A DNA stretch of 5,897 nucleotides from a virus: IMG/VR virus record IMGVR_UViG_3300022758_000032, positions 1 through 5,897 of that record; one strand, 5' to 3'. The translations under genes were made by a program, and so were the position numbers. Positions 1-5,359 of the stretch are shown here, one piece after another. The notes beneath the pieces were generated by a model, which saw nothing but the letters and a program-made list of their open reading frames with translations, ran no database searches and was not told the DNA's origin. Every line of letters begins with the position of its first letter. Position 1 is the first letter of the stretch.

Positions 1-127
1 ATCTTCTTTTGTTTCTTCTCCTTTCCACTCATGTCTTTTCCCTATTCGTTTTACATATCCTGCTCCTAGTCCTGGAGAACATAATACTTTTCCTGTATAT
101 TCGGGATTGTCTTCGTCTTTTTTTGTC
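1..127. repeat. Terminal redundancy, copy 1. Identical to 5771-5897. This is the overlap that closes a circular contig.
   Basis: Base-for-base identity of 1-127 with 5771-5897, checked by eye over every 10-mer block. The repeat lies inside the Rep reading frame, and joining the ends keeps the frame. Confidence 0.97.
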
Positions 128-657
128 ATGTACTTTGATACGTAGTTTATTGTCTTTTCGTTGCAGTATTTCCCGTTGTAGCAATAACCGTCTATCCAGT
201 TGTTTCTTAGTATGTTTATCAGCTTGAATTGTGTCATTCCGTTTGGTGCATAGAATATTCCGTGCAAATGTATTCTTCTTGTATTGGTGTGCCCTTTTTC
301 TGTTACACACCAGTGTTTCATGCTCTTTCCTGTTTCTTTTCTTATCCTTTCTAGGAATAATCTGTGTATTTTTGTGATTATTTCGTTGTCCGTCTTTAGG
401 TTATACTTTTCTTTGATATAATCGTATCTTTCTGGAGACACCGTTCCCGTGAAGAATATCGCTGTAGGTGTTTCTCTTAGTTGCTCGAAGTTTCTTACTC
501 TCCATGCGTTTCTTTTTTTCTTCCTGCATTCGAAGCAGTATCCGCATTCTACCTCGATATATTTTAGTCGTTCGTCTGTACAAACGGGCGGTTCGTACCC
601 GTTTTTCTTTGTAGGTACAAACCGCTTGTTTTTGATTTTGATGGGAAAGTAGCACAT
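1..657 (-). CDS. VP4: Replication initiation protein (HUH rolling-circle endonuclease; microvirus VP4 / phiX gpA-like). N-terminal 219 codons. The ORF runs off the window start and continues at 5770.
   Basis: Hand translation of the minus frame from ATG 657-655 gives 219 codons with no stop: MCYFPIKIKNKRFVPTKKNGYEPPVCTDERLKYIEVECGYCFECRKKKRNAWRVRNFEQLRETPTAIFFTGTVSPERYDYIKEKYNLKTDNEIITKIHRLFLERIRKETGKSMKHWCVTEKGHTNTRRIHLHGIFYAPNGMTQFKLINILRNNWIDGYCYNGKYCNEKTINYVSKYMTKKDEDNPEYTGKVLCSPGLGAGYVKRIGKRHEWKGEETKED. Microvirus Rep hallmarks: MCxxP N-terminus; Cys cluster C26/C38/C41/C44 (CGYCFECR); motif I IFFTGTV; HUH motif HLHGI (262-270); two-tyrosine catalytic motif YVSKYMTK (121-144), cf. phiX gpA YxxKYxxK. 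The ATG lies 1 nt after the VP2 stop (TGAtATG). Confidence 0.93.
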   Translation of the reverse strand, partial: MCYFPIKIKNKRFVPTKKNGYEPPVCTDERLKYIEVECGYCFECRKKKRNAWRVRNFEQLRETPTAIFFTGTVSPERYDYIKEKYNLKTDNEIITKIHRLFLERIRKETGKSMKHWCVTEKGHTNTRRIHLHGIFYAPNGMTQFKLINILRNNWIDGYCYNGKYCNEKTINYVSKYMTKKDEDNPEYTGKVLCSPGLGAGYVKRIGKRHEWKGEETKED

Positions 658-658
658 A

Positions 659-1792
659 TCAATTTTTGTTTATTACGATTGTTTTTGATTGCTTAGCTAA
701 TGCTTCTAATGCCTCCATTCCGTTCTTTATTTTGCCGACTACTCCTACTATATTGGTAATTTGGTCGATTCCGTTGTATATCCATTCTCTTAGGTTTTTT
801 TGCTCCTCTAGGCTTAGATGCCCTTTGCCGAGTTCATATTCTTTTGCTATTTTGTCGATAGCTGCATCAGCTTGTTTTTTCAGCGCTTCTGCACTTGTTC
901 TTCTTGTTATTGCATCGTACCATAGTATGTCTATTTCTTTTCTTACCTTTGAAGCTTGTGCGTTGGTTAGGTCTATTACCGCTTCTTCTTTTAGTCCTTG
1001 TTTCTGTATCAATGAAAGTTGGTCTGTTACCGTTTGTATTCTTTGCTGCTGCGTCTTGTCCAGATATTCTGTGTTGAGCATTGCTTGGTTAAATTCTTCC
1101 ATTGCTTTTTTTGCATTGGCTTGGGCTTCTTTTATGTTGCTAGATGCAATCTGTTCCCTGCTTTCTTGGACTCTGTTTTCAATCTCTTGCCATTTGATTT
1201 CAAATTCCGTTTTTTTTGTGTCGACTCCGCTTGTTTTTTTGGCTTGTGCAAGAGCTTTTGCTGCTTCTGCTTGGTTAAGTATTGTTTGAGACTTTATCGC
1301 TTCATTTTGCTGCTCTATTTGCTTGTATTGAAGCGCCATTCCTACTGGATTACTTGTTGGCCCGCTTGGTTGTGTTGCTTGTCCGCCTGCCGTGCTTGTG
1401 CTTCCTGCTCCGCTTCCTCCGTACATTAGCGCTGCGCTTAAGCCTGCTTCTTCCATGTGTTTGCGTTGCTGTTCAAAGTTGGTTGATTCCCACATTTCGA
1501 GATTTCTTTTTTGTGCTTCATTTGCAGCCATTTGTCCGTATTGGTATTGCATTCCCATACCTTCCTTTTCGTATTCCCAGGCTTTATCCATTAGCTCTTT
1601 TTGTTCCTTTGTACTATTCCCACTTCCGAATAATCCTCCCAGTAGTCCCAGTCCTCCGCCGATAATTCCGCCGACTGTTGTTCCCAATCCTGGTATTGCA
1701 CTGCCTATTGATGCTCCTTTTGCTGCACCTCCTAGTGCTCCATTGATTCCTAATCCGAAACTCATGATTTTTAAGTTTTTAAAATTTGACAT
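659..1792 (-). CDS. VP2: Minor capsid / DNA pilot protein (microvirus VP2, functional analogue of phiX H).
   Basis: 377-aa ORF with ATG start (a second in-frame ATG is at 1765). It has a glycine-zipper-like hydrophobic N-terminus (GLGINGALGGAAKGASIGSAIPGLGTTVGGIIGGGLGLLGGLFGSG). It carries the conserved VP2-type block EEAGLSAALMYGGSGAG (cf. AGLNPxLxxGG in gokushovirus VP2). The C-terminal half is long, Q/E/K/A-rich and probably coiled-coil. Position is between VP1 and Rep. Confidence 0.85.
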   Translation of the reverse strand: MSNFKNLKIMSFGLGINGALGGAAKGASIGSAIPGLGTTVGGIIGGGLGLLGGLFGSGNSTKEQKELMDKAWEYEKEGMGMQYQYGQMAANEAQKRNLEMWESTNFEQQRKHMEEAGLSAALMYGGSGAGSTSTAGGQATQPSGPTSNPVGMALQYKQIEQQNEAIKSQTILNQAEAAKALAQAKKTSGVDTKKTEFEIKWQEIENRVQESREQIASSNIKEAQANAKKAMEEFNQAMLNTEYLDKTQQQRIQTVTDQLSLIQKQGLKEEAVIDLTNAQASKVRKEIDILWYDAITRRTSAEALKKQADAAIDKIAKEYELGKGHLSLEEQKNLREWIYNGIDQITNIVGVVGKIKNGMEALEALAKQSKTIVINKN

Positions 1793-1830
1793 TCTTCGCG
1801 CTTCTTTCTAAGTAAGCGTTACTATATTAT

Positions 1831-1844
1831 ACTTGATATAATAG
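1831..1844 (+). other. phiX174-origin-like motif ACTTGATATAATAG on the strand antisense to the genes. Function unproven.
   Basis: The phiX174 viral-strand origin core, from memory, is CAACTTG/ATATTAATAAC with gpA nicking after the G. Here ACTTGATAT (9/9) is followed by AATA, allowing a one-T gap. It sits in the largest intergenic region, 1 nt from the base of a nested hairpin. Confidence 0.25.
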
Positions 1845-1845
1845 T

Positions 1846-1922
1846 CTACATGCGTACTGCGCTTTTTGGGCTGGAAAAAGCGGGAATATTATTTGACATC
1901 CCCGCCTTTTTTTTGCATGTAG
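1846..1922. promoter_or_regulatory. Nested stem-loop cluster in the ORF116-VP2 intergenic region. Candidate weak intrinsic terminator on the coding strand and/or ssDNA origin/priming structure.
   Basis: The outer 8-bp inverted repeat CTACATGC (1846-1853) / GCATGTAG (1915-1922) encloses two inner pairings. Hairpin A is CGCTTTTT (1860-1867) / AAAAAGCG (1875-1882) with a 7-nt loop. A competing pairing joins AAAAAGCGGG (1875-1884) to CCCGC(C)TTTTT (1901-1911). On the minus-strand RNA this reads A8-GGCGGGG-loop-CCCGC-UUUUU, which is terminator-like, but the GC stem is only 5 bp and the loop is 16 nt. Confidence 0.4.
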
Positions 1923-1932
1923 TGTTCGAAGC

Positions 1933-2283
1933 TTACGCGGCTGAGTCGTCCCCTGCATTGATTGTCTTATCCGTTGCTGTTTCGCCTTCTTTCGCTTCTT
2001 CCTTCATTTCTGGATTCCGTCCATTCTTCGTGTAATCTGATAACTTGTACGCGTTTACTCTATCCATAGCGTTGATAGCTATCTGCCACTTGTCCGTTCG
2101 TATGTCATATTCTGGTTTTACTCCATCTTCTTTCGGTGTGTATATGAGTGGTGCACCGTCTGTTAATGGTTCGTTCTCATCGAGTATTCTTCTTACTTTT
2201 GTAAGTATGTTTTCACCTTCCTCGTATTTTGTTGGAAATTCTTTGAACGGATTATACCTTGTAAGTCCTTTTTTTCTAAGCAT
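1933..2283 (-). CDS. Conserved-looking small microvirus protein, function unknown. A scaffolding-type role is possible but unproven.
   Basis: 116-aa ORF with ATG start. It begins 11 nt after the VP1 stop, on the same strand as all other genes. The protein has an acidic C-terminal tail (EMKEEAKEGETATDKTINAGDDSAA). The block KEDGVKPEYDIRTDKWQIAINAMD resembles a motif I associate with small proteins of gut microviruses (memory only, not verifiable here). Confidence 0.65.
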   Translation of the reverse strand: MLRKKGLTRYNPFKEFPTKYEEGENILTKVRRILDENEPLTDGAPLIYTPKEDGVKPEYDIRTDKWQIAINAMDRVNAYKLSDYTKNGRNPEMKEEAKEGETATDKTINAGDDSAA

Positions 2284-2294
2284 AGTCGTAAGTT

Positions 2295-4268
2295 TTAAAA
2301 GTTAGGAATTTGTTTTGCTGAATAATTACCGCGTCTCGTGATTTCACAAGCTGTTTGCACCCAAAAGTTCTGGCTATCCAATGCTGTATCTGCAAAGATG
2401 TCGATATGTTCTTGTGGGTTGATGTATGTTGACCCGTTTGAGATTCCGTTGTTATCGTCTCTTTCGTAGTTTCGATTTAATACCATAAAGTCCTCGCTTT
2501 CTCCTGTTGCAAAGTTACCGAATGTTTTGTTAAAGTTTGTCATGTAGTCAATCCATGCAACTGATTTTCCGGGTGTGGTGTCTTTATTTAATTTTGCGTC
2601 TTGTTCTGCTGTCCACCATGCCCGTTGTTCATTCATGAGGTCTTGGTATCCGATACCATCAAGTGCTGGTTTGTGCAAGTCATCCATTGTGAACAAATTC
2701 AAGTCAAAGTCATTTCCTTGTGAATAGTCGACCATTGGAGTGATTGCTACGATACCCATTACATACCCTGGTTCTTCGATTTGGAAATGGAGCCTTCCAC
2801 TTGTGTTCGGTTGTCTTGCATAACCTCTACCTGCTAGCTCTCCTAAAACCTGTCCTTCTGCGTTTCCTGTGGTTGCTACTACTTCATCGAATTCAATCAT
2901 TTGACTCATACCTCCTTGGAATACTGGAGTTTCTGGTCTGTCAAGATATCTTCCTGCTGTATATACGGTTTCCAACCAGTCTCTGTATGTACCTCCTGAA
3001 ACTGCGATACGATTTAGCATGTTATATACTTTTTGTTGCAGGTTGAGTGCATCCATTGTAATTGTACCGTCCTCGTCTGGTTTCAGTGCGGTTACTTTTG
3101 AGATTCCGTTTTCGCCGTCAATCCAATCTGTTTTTACCCAATTGTTGAAAATATCACTGTCATATGTTTTTAATATTAGTCCTCCCAACTTGTTTGTTGA
3201 TGCCATTCTTATTTTTTCAAAAAGATTGTCAACATTAGTATTTCCTGTGTTTGACATATCAAGCTCTGTATTCCCTGGCTTCTTTAGTATCTCGTCACGC
3301 ACACTGTCGAGCGTTTCTAACTTTTGCTCATTCAGTATTGTGTGTAATGAGTTGTTGAATAGTGTTTCGTCTCCTGGAAATTTTCCTACGTAGATACCTT
3401 GTATTGTGGTATATCCATTTAGTGAATTTCCGCTTGAAAATATTGTTGATATTTTATCTGTTGTGATTTTTTTTGTTGCGCTGTTTGATGTTAGGTAATT
3501 AACGTATGCCTCTTTAGTCATGCCATTAGATGGATTGTAAAATCTTATTTTTATACTTTTCCAAAAAGTAGCATAATCTTTTACCTCTGTTCCTGCTTCT
3601 AATGTCGCGGTGTCTTTCATTGGTTCCTGCCAGTTAATTTCGGCGTCTGTATTTACTTTTATTGTTTTTTGTGTTTGGTTTTGCTGGTCTATGGTTACTG
3701 TTGCTTCTGTGCTTCCTGTGATGATATAGAAATTATCTTCTTGCGTGTTTGCGAAGTAGTTTTTGAATATGTCGAGATATATTAATACTGGTATCGCATT
3801 TTTTTTTGGAATGTTTCCCGTATTTTTAGACCTTGCCCCTTTCCATCCTATGTAACTATATAGAGATGACGGGTTAGACTTTACTTCTGCTTTGCCCGTA
3901 TTATATGAACCTCTGCGTATTGTCGGAAACTTGATGTCACTCATCTTCATACCAATTCCTGTCCGATTGTTGTGCAACCAACTGTTGTATAGTCTGAATC
4001 CTGCCGTGAAGATAAAGTGTTGTAGTTTGAAGCTTCCGAATAATGGCCCAAGTGTTGGATGCGTCATTGTTTTGTTTGTCAGCTTGATGTCGAAGATATC
4101 TCCTTTCTGACATACGATTTTCATGAATGGTACGAGCATTCCTACTCCCATTGTACTTCTGAATACGTAACTTAGATTTTGAGAGGACATGTCGTATTCT
4201 CTCAATCTCACCTTCATTTTGTTGTTGTCACCTAAGGTGTTTTTCCCGATAGTTCTTGTAATTGCCAT
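2295..4268 (-). CDS. VP1: Major capsid protein (Microviridae VP1 / phiX F-protein family).
   Basis: 657-aa ORF with ATG start. The N-terminal block YDMSSQNLSYVFRSTMGVGMLVPFMKIVCQKGDIFDI corresponds to the (F/H)DLSH...G.L.P....PGD signature. The C-terminal block YINPQEHIDIFADTALDSQNFWVQTACEITRRGNYSAKQIPNF is typical of the F-protein jelly-roll C-terminus. It is the largest gene, as expected for a microvirus. Confidence 0.97.
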   Translation of the reverse strand: MAITRTIGKNTLGDNNKMKVRLREYDMSSQNLSYVFRSTMGVGMLVPFMKIVCQKGDIFDIKLTNKTMTHPTLGPLFGSFKLQHFIFTAGFRLYNSWLHNNRTGIGMKMSDIKFPTIRRGSYNTGKAEVKSNPSSLYSYIGWKGARSKNTGNIPKKNAIPVLIYLDIFKNYFANTQEDNFYIITGSTEATVTIDQQNQTQKTIKVNTDAEINWQEPMKDTATLEAGTEVKDYATFWKSIKIRFYNPSNGMTKEAYVNYLTSNSATKKITTDKISTIFSSGNSLNGYTTIQGIYVGKFPGDETLFNNSLHTILNEQKLETLDSVRDEILKKPGNTELDMSNTGNTNVDNLFEKIRMASTNKLGGLILKTYDSDIFNNWVKTDWIDGENGISKVTALKPDEDGTITMDALNLQQKVYNMLNRIAVSGGTYRDWLETVYTAGRYLDRPETPVFQGGMSQMIEFDEVVATTGNAEGQVLGELAGRGYARQPNTSGRLHFQIEEPGYVMGIVAITPMVDYSQGNDFDLNLFTMDDLHKPALDGIGYQDLMNEQRAWWTAEQDAKLNKDTTPGKSVAWIDYMTNFNKTFGNFATGESEDFMVLNRNYERDDNNGISNGSTYINPQEHIDIFADTALDSQNFWVQTACEITRRGNYSAKQIPNF

Positions 4269-4274
4269 AATCTT

Positions 4275-4505
4275 TTACTTTTGAATTGTTTCACTTTTGT
4301 TTTCTTCTGATTCTTGAGCGTTCAGCGCTTTGTGTGCCGCATAGGCTATTGTGAATATTAAGTCCCATGGTTTGGTATTAATATACTCCTGTGCTGCTTT
4401 TACCGTTTTGAAATGTTCTTTTGATGCTTGAACATTACCACATACGATTACATAATCGTTTTCTTCCGTGTTCATTGGAAGGATTTTAAAGAAATCTTCT
4501 ACCAT
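4275..4505 (-). CDS. Hypothetical small protein (76 aa) immediately upstream of VP1.
   Basis: ATG start. The stop lies 6 nt before the VP1 ATG. It shares the strand and codon style of its neighbours. No motif I can assign. Confidence 0.6.
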   Translation of the reverse strand: MVEDFFKILPMNTEENDYVIVCGNVQASKEHFKTVKAAQEYINTKPWDLIFTIAYAAHKALNAQESEENKSETIQK

Positions 4506-4517
4506 AATTTTGTAAAT

Positions 4518-4898
4518 TTAAATTGTTAATGTTTCGCTTATTCCCATATGAATAAAAGTCGTATAGTTAATAAGCTCTATAATTTTGAACTCTTTATGAT
4601 TTTCTTTTAGGAATTCAAACATTTTGTTGATGTCCTCTATTTTATCTGTTTTGAAATCTGCTGCTAATCCTCTGGTATGCATTGATTCGTGAACTCCTCC
4701 CACTATGTCGTTTAGTTTTCTGCATCTATATCCGCTGTTGACAAATATAGCTTTTCCTATGTATACTCTTACCATGTCAAGTACATACATTACCTTTTTC
4801 AGGTTTTCGATTACTTCTTCGGTTGGAGTGTTGTCTATATTCTCCAATTTCGCCATTTGCGATTTTGTCATTTCTTTGATAGTAAAGTAGATAGCCAT
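4518..4898 (-). CDS. Zinc D,D- or L,D-peptidase of the M15 family (Peptidase_M15_3 / VanY-like LAS fold). Putative endolysin or entry-associated peptidoglycan hydrolase.
   Basis: 126-aa ORF with ATG start. Family-typical N-terminus F-T-x-x-E...A...I-x-N-x-P (FTIKEMTKSQMAKLENIDNTP). SGYR box (aa 55-58). Exact SxHxxGxAxD zinc-ligand motif SMHTRGLAAD (aa 72-81, nt 4656-4685). Distal His in FIHMG (H117, nt 4548-4550). No signal peptide, TM segment or wall-binding domain. Confidence 0.85.
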   Translation of the reverse strand: MAIYFTIKEMTKSQMAKLENIDNTPTEEVIENLKKVMYVLDMVRVYIGKAIFVNSGYRCRKLNDIVGGVHESMHTRGLAADFKTDKIEDINKMFEFLKENHKEFKIIELINYTTFIHMGISETLTI

Positions 4899-4947
4899 TT
4901 CAGTAATTTGATTAAAATTGTTAATACTTTTTTGATTTTCTCTGTTT

Positions 4948-5238
4948 TCATAATAGTGTAATTATTGTTAGTTGTTTTGCTTTTGCTTTTGCTTGTTCTT
5001 CTTTCCATCTTGAATATGTCTGTTTCTGGAATATTGGTCCTTCTTTTGTGTACTTCATTAGATAGATATCATTGATTACTCCTGTGTTTTTGTCAATTAC
5101 ATCTACTCTGTAGTTTTCCCCTCTTTTCCCTTGGGTGTAAATCTTTCTTTTTATTCCTCTTAGTTCGTTGCATGTGGATGTTTCTCCGTTAATTGTTATC
5201 ATACAAACGCATTCTGTTTTAAATTGACGATGTTTCAT
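4948..5238 (-). CDS. Hypothetical protein, first gene after the promoter. 96 aa from ATG 5238; the track's 106-aa version starts at TTG 5268.
   Basis: The ORF is open from 5268, but the first codon there is TTG and overlaps the putative -7 promoter element. The first ATG is at 5238-5236 (MKHRQFKTECVCMITING...). The termini are basic (KHRQFK, AKAKAKQ). No recognisable family. Confidence 0.55.
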   Translation of the reverse strand: MKHRQFKTECVCMITINGETSTCNELRGIKRKIYTQGKRGENYRVDVIDKNTGVINDIYLMKYTKEGPIFQKQTYSRWKEEQAKAKAKQLTIITLL

Positions 5239-5265
5239 GATTCTTTGTTTTTTTGTTTTCTGCGA

Positions 5266-5297
5266 CAAACATATACAACCTTTTTTAGCCCGACAAA
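5266..5297 (-). promoter_or_regulatory. Bacteroidetes-type promoter: TTTG (-33) - 20 nt - TATGTTTG (-7, consensus TAnnTTTG).
   Basis: The minus strand reads caaataTTTGtcgggctaaaaaaggttgtaTATGTTTGtcgcag. TTTG is at 5297-5294 and TATGTTTG at 5273-5266. The 20-nt spacer falls within the 19-21 nt I recall for Bacteroides primary-sigma promoters. It lies about 28 nt upstream of ATG 5238, in the only non-coding stretch preceding the gene string. Confidence 0.45.
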
Positions 5298-5310
5298 TAT
5301 TTGCCTGGCT
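5287..5310. repeat. Imperfect 24-nt palindrome AGCCcGaCAAATATTTGcCtGGCT (10 of 12 pairs) overlapping the -33 element.
   Basis: Pairs are 5287-5290 with 5307-5310, 5292/5305, and 5294-5298 with 5299-5303. Mismatches are at 5291/5306 and 5293/5304. It could be an operator or an ssDNA hairpin. Confidence 0.5.
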
Positions 5311-5328
5311 TTAACATTAAATTAACAT
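5311..5328. repeat. Two direct copies of TTAACAT (minus strand ATGTTAA), spaced 11 nt start to start.
   Basis: TTAACAT at 5311-5317 and 5322-5328. On the coding strand these read ATGTTAAt and ATGTTAAa, matching the core of the canonical XerD arm of dif (TTATGTTAAAT). Confidence 0.6.
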
Positions 5329-5333
5329 GTATA

Positions 5334-5350
5334 TAACTTTTAGTAACTTT
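5334..5350. repeat. Two direct copies of TAACTTT spaced 10 nt start to start, just downstream of the Rep stop.
   Basis: TAACTTT at 5334-5340 and 5344-5350. The spacing is one helical turn, in a non-coding region. Confidence 0.55.
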
Positions 5351-5359
5351 CCGTCGCCG

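Noticed and set aside
1-127. The terminal direct repeat as a biological LTR, att duplication or packaging terminal redundancy.
   Set aside because: It sits in the middle of the Rep ORF and restores that ORF when the ends are joined. Microviridae have circular genomes without terminal repeats. 127 nt is a typical assembler k-mer overlap.
29-655. Two very basic minus-strand ORFs (29-310 and 401-655, same alternative frame) overprinted on Rep. I considered them as J-like or K/B-like overlapping genes.
   Set aside because: Both start at GTG. The frame is interrupted between 311 and 400. The coding strand is T-poor, so alternative frames are expected to be open. An A-rich sequence automatically yields K/R/N-rich peptides. 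There is no independent evidence, and only cross-genome conservation of the alternative frame could revive this idea.
1826-1831. A perfect TATAAT on the coding strand upstream of VP2, as a sigma70 -10 box for an internal promoter.
   Set aside because: There is no acceptable -35 at 16-18 nt spacing; the best candidate is TGTAGA at 13 nt. The likely host phylum does not use sigma70-type promoters. The hexamer is also expected by chance in this AT-rich spacer, and it overlaps the ori-like motif.
9-4890. All plus-strand ORFs in the track (9-227, 449-652, 666-1289, 895-1077, 1019-1429, 1282-1665, 1392-1811, 1850-2035, 2045-2305, 2744-3046, 3019-3393, 3892-4110, 4705-4890).
   Set aside because: They all lie antisense to well-supported minus-strand genes. 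Their products are low-complexity F/L/S/C-rich strings with no motifs. Their length is explained by the A-poor plus strand, because every stop codon contains A. They are shadow ORFs.
5266-5268. The TTG at 5268 as the start of the first gene (the 106-aa version in the track).
   Set aside because: The TTG overlaps the putative -7 promoter element (5266-5273), so it would lie upstream of the predicted transcript start. An in-frame ATG is present at 5238. The promoter call is itself unproven, so confidence in this rejection is moderate.
5309-5336. A complete 28-bp dif/XerCD recombination site.
   Set aside because: Only the XerD-arm core ATGTTAA(A) matches. The position where the XerC arm should be reads TTATATACATG, unlike GGTGCGCATAA. 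The two core copies are direct and not inverted. I kept it only as a weaker 'XerD-half-site-like repeats' observation.
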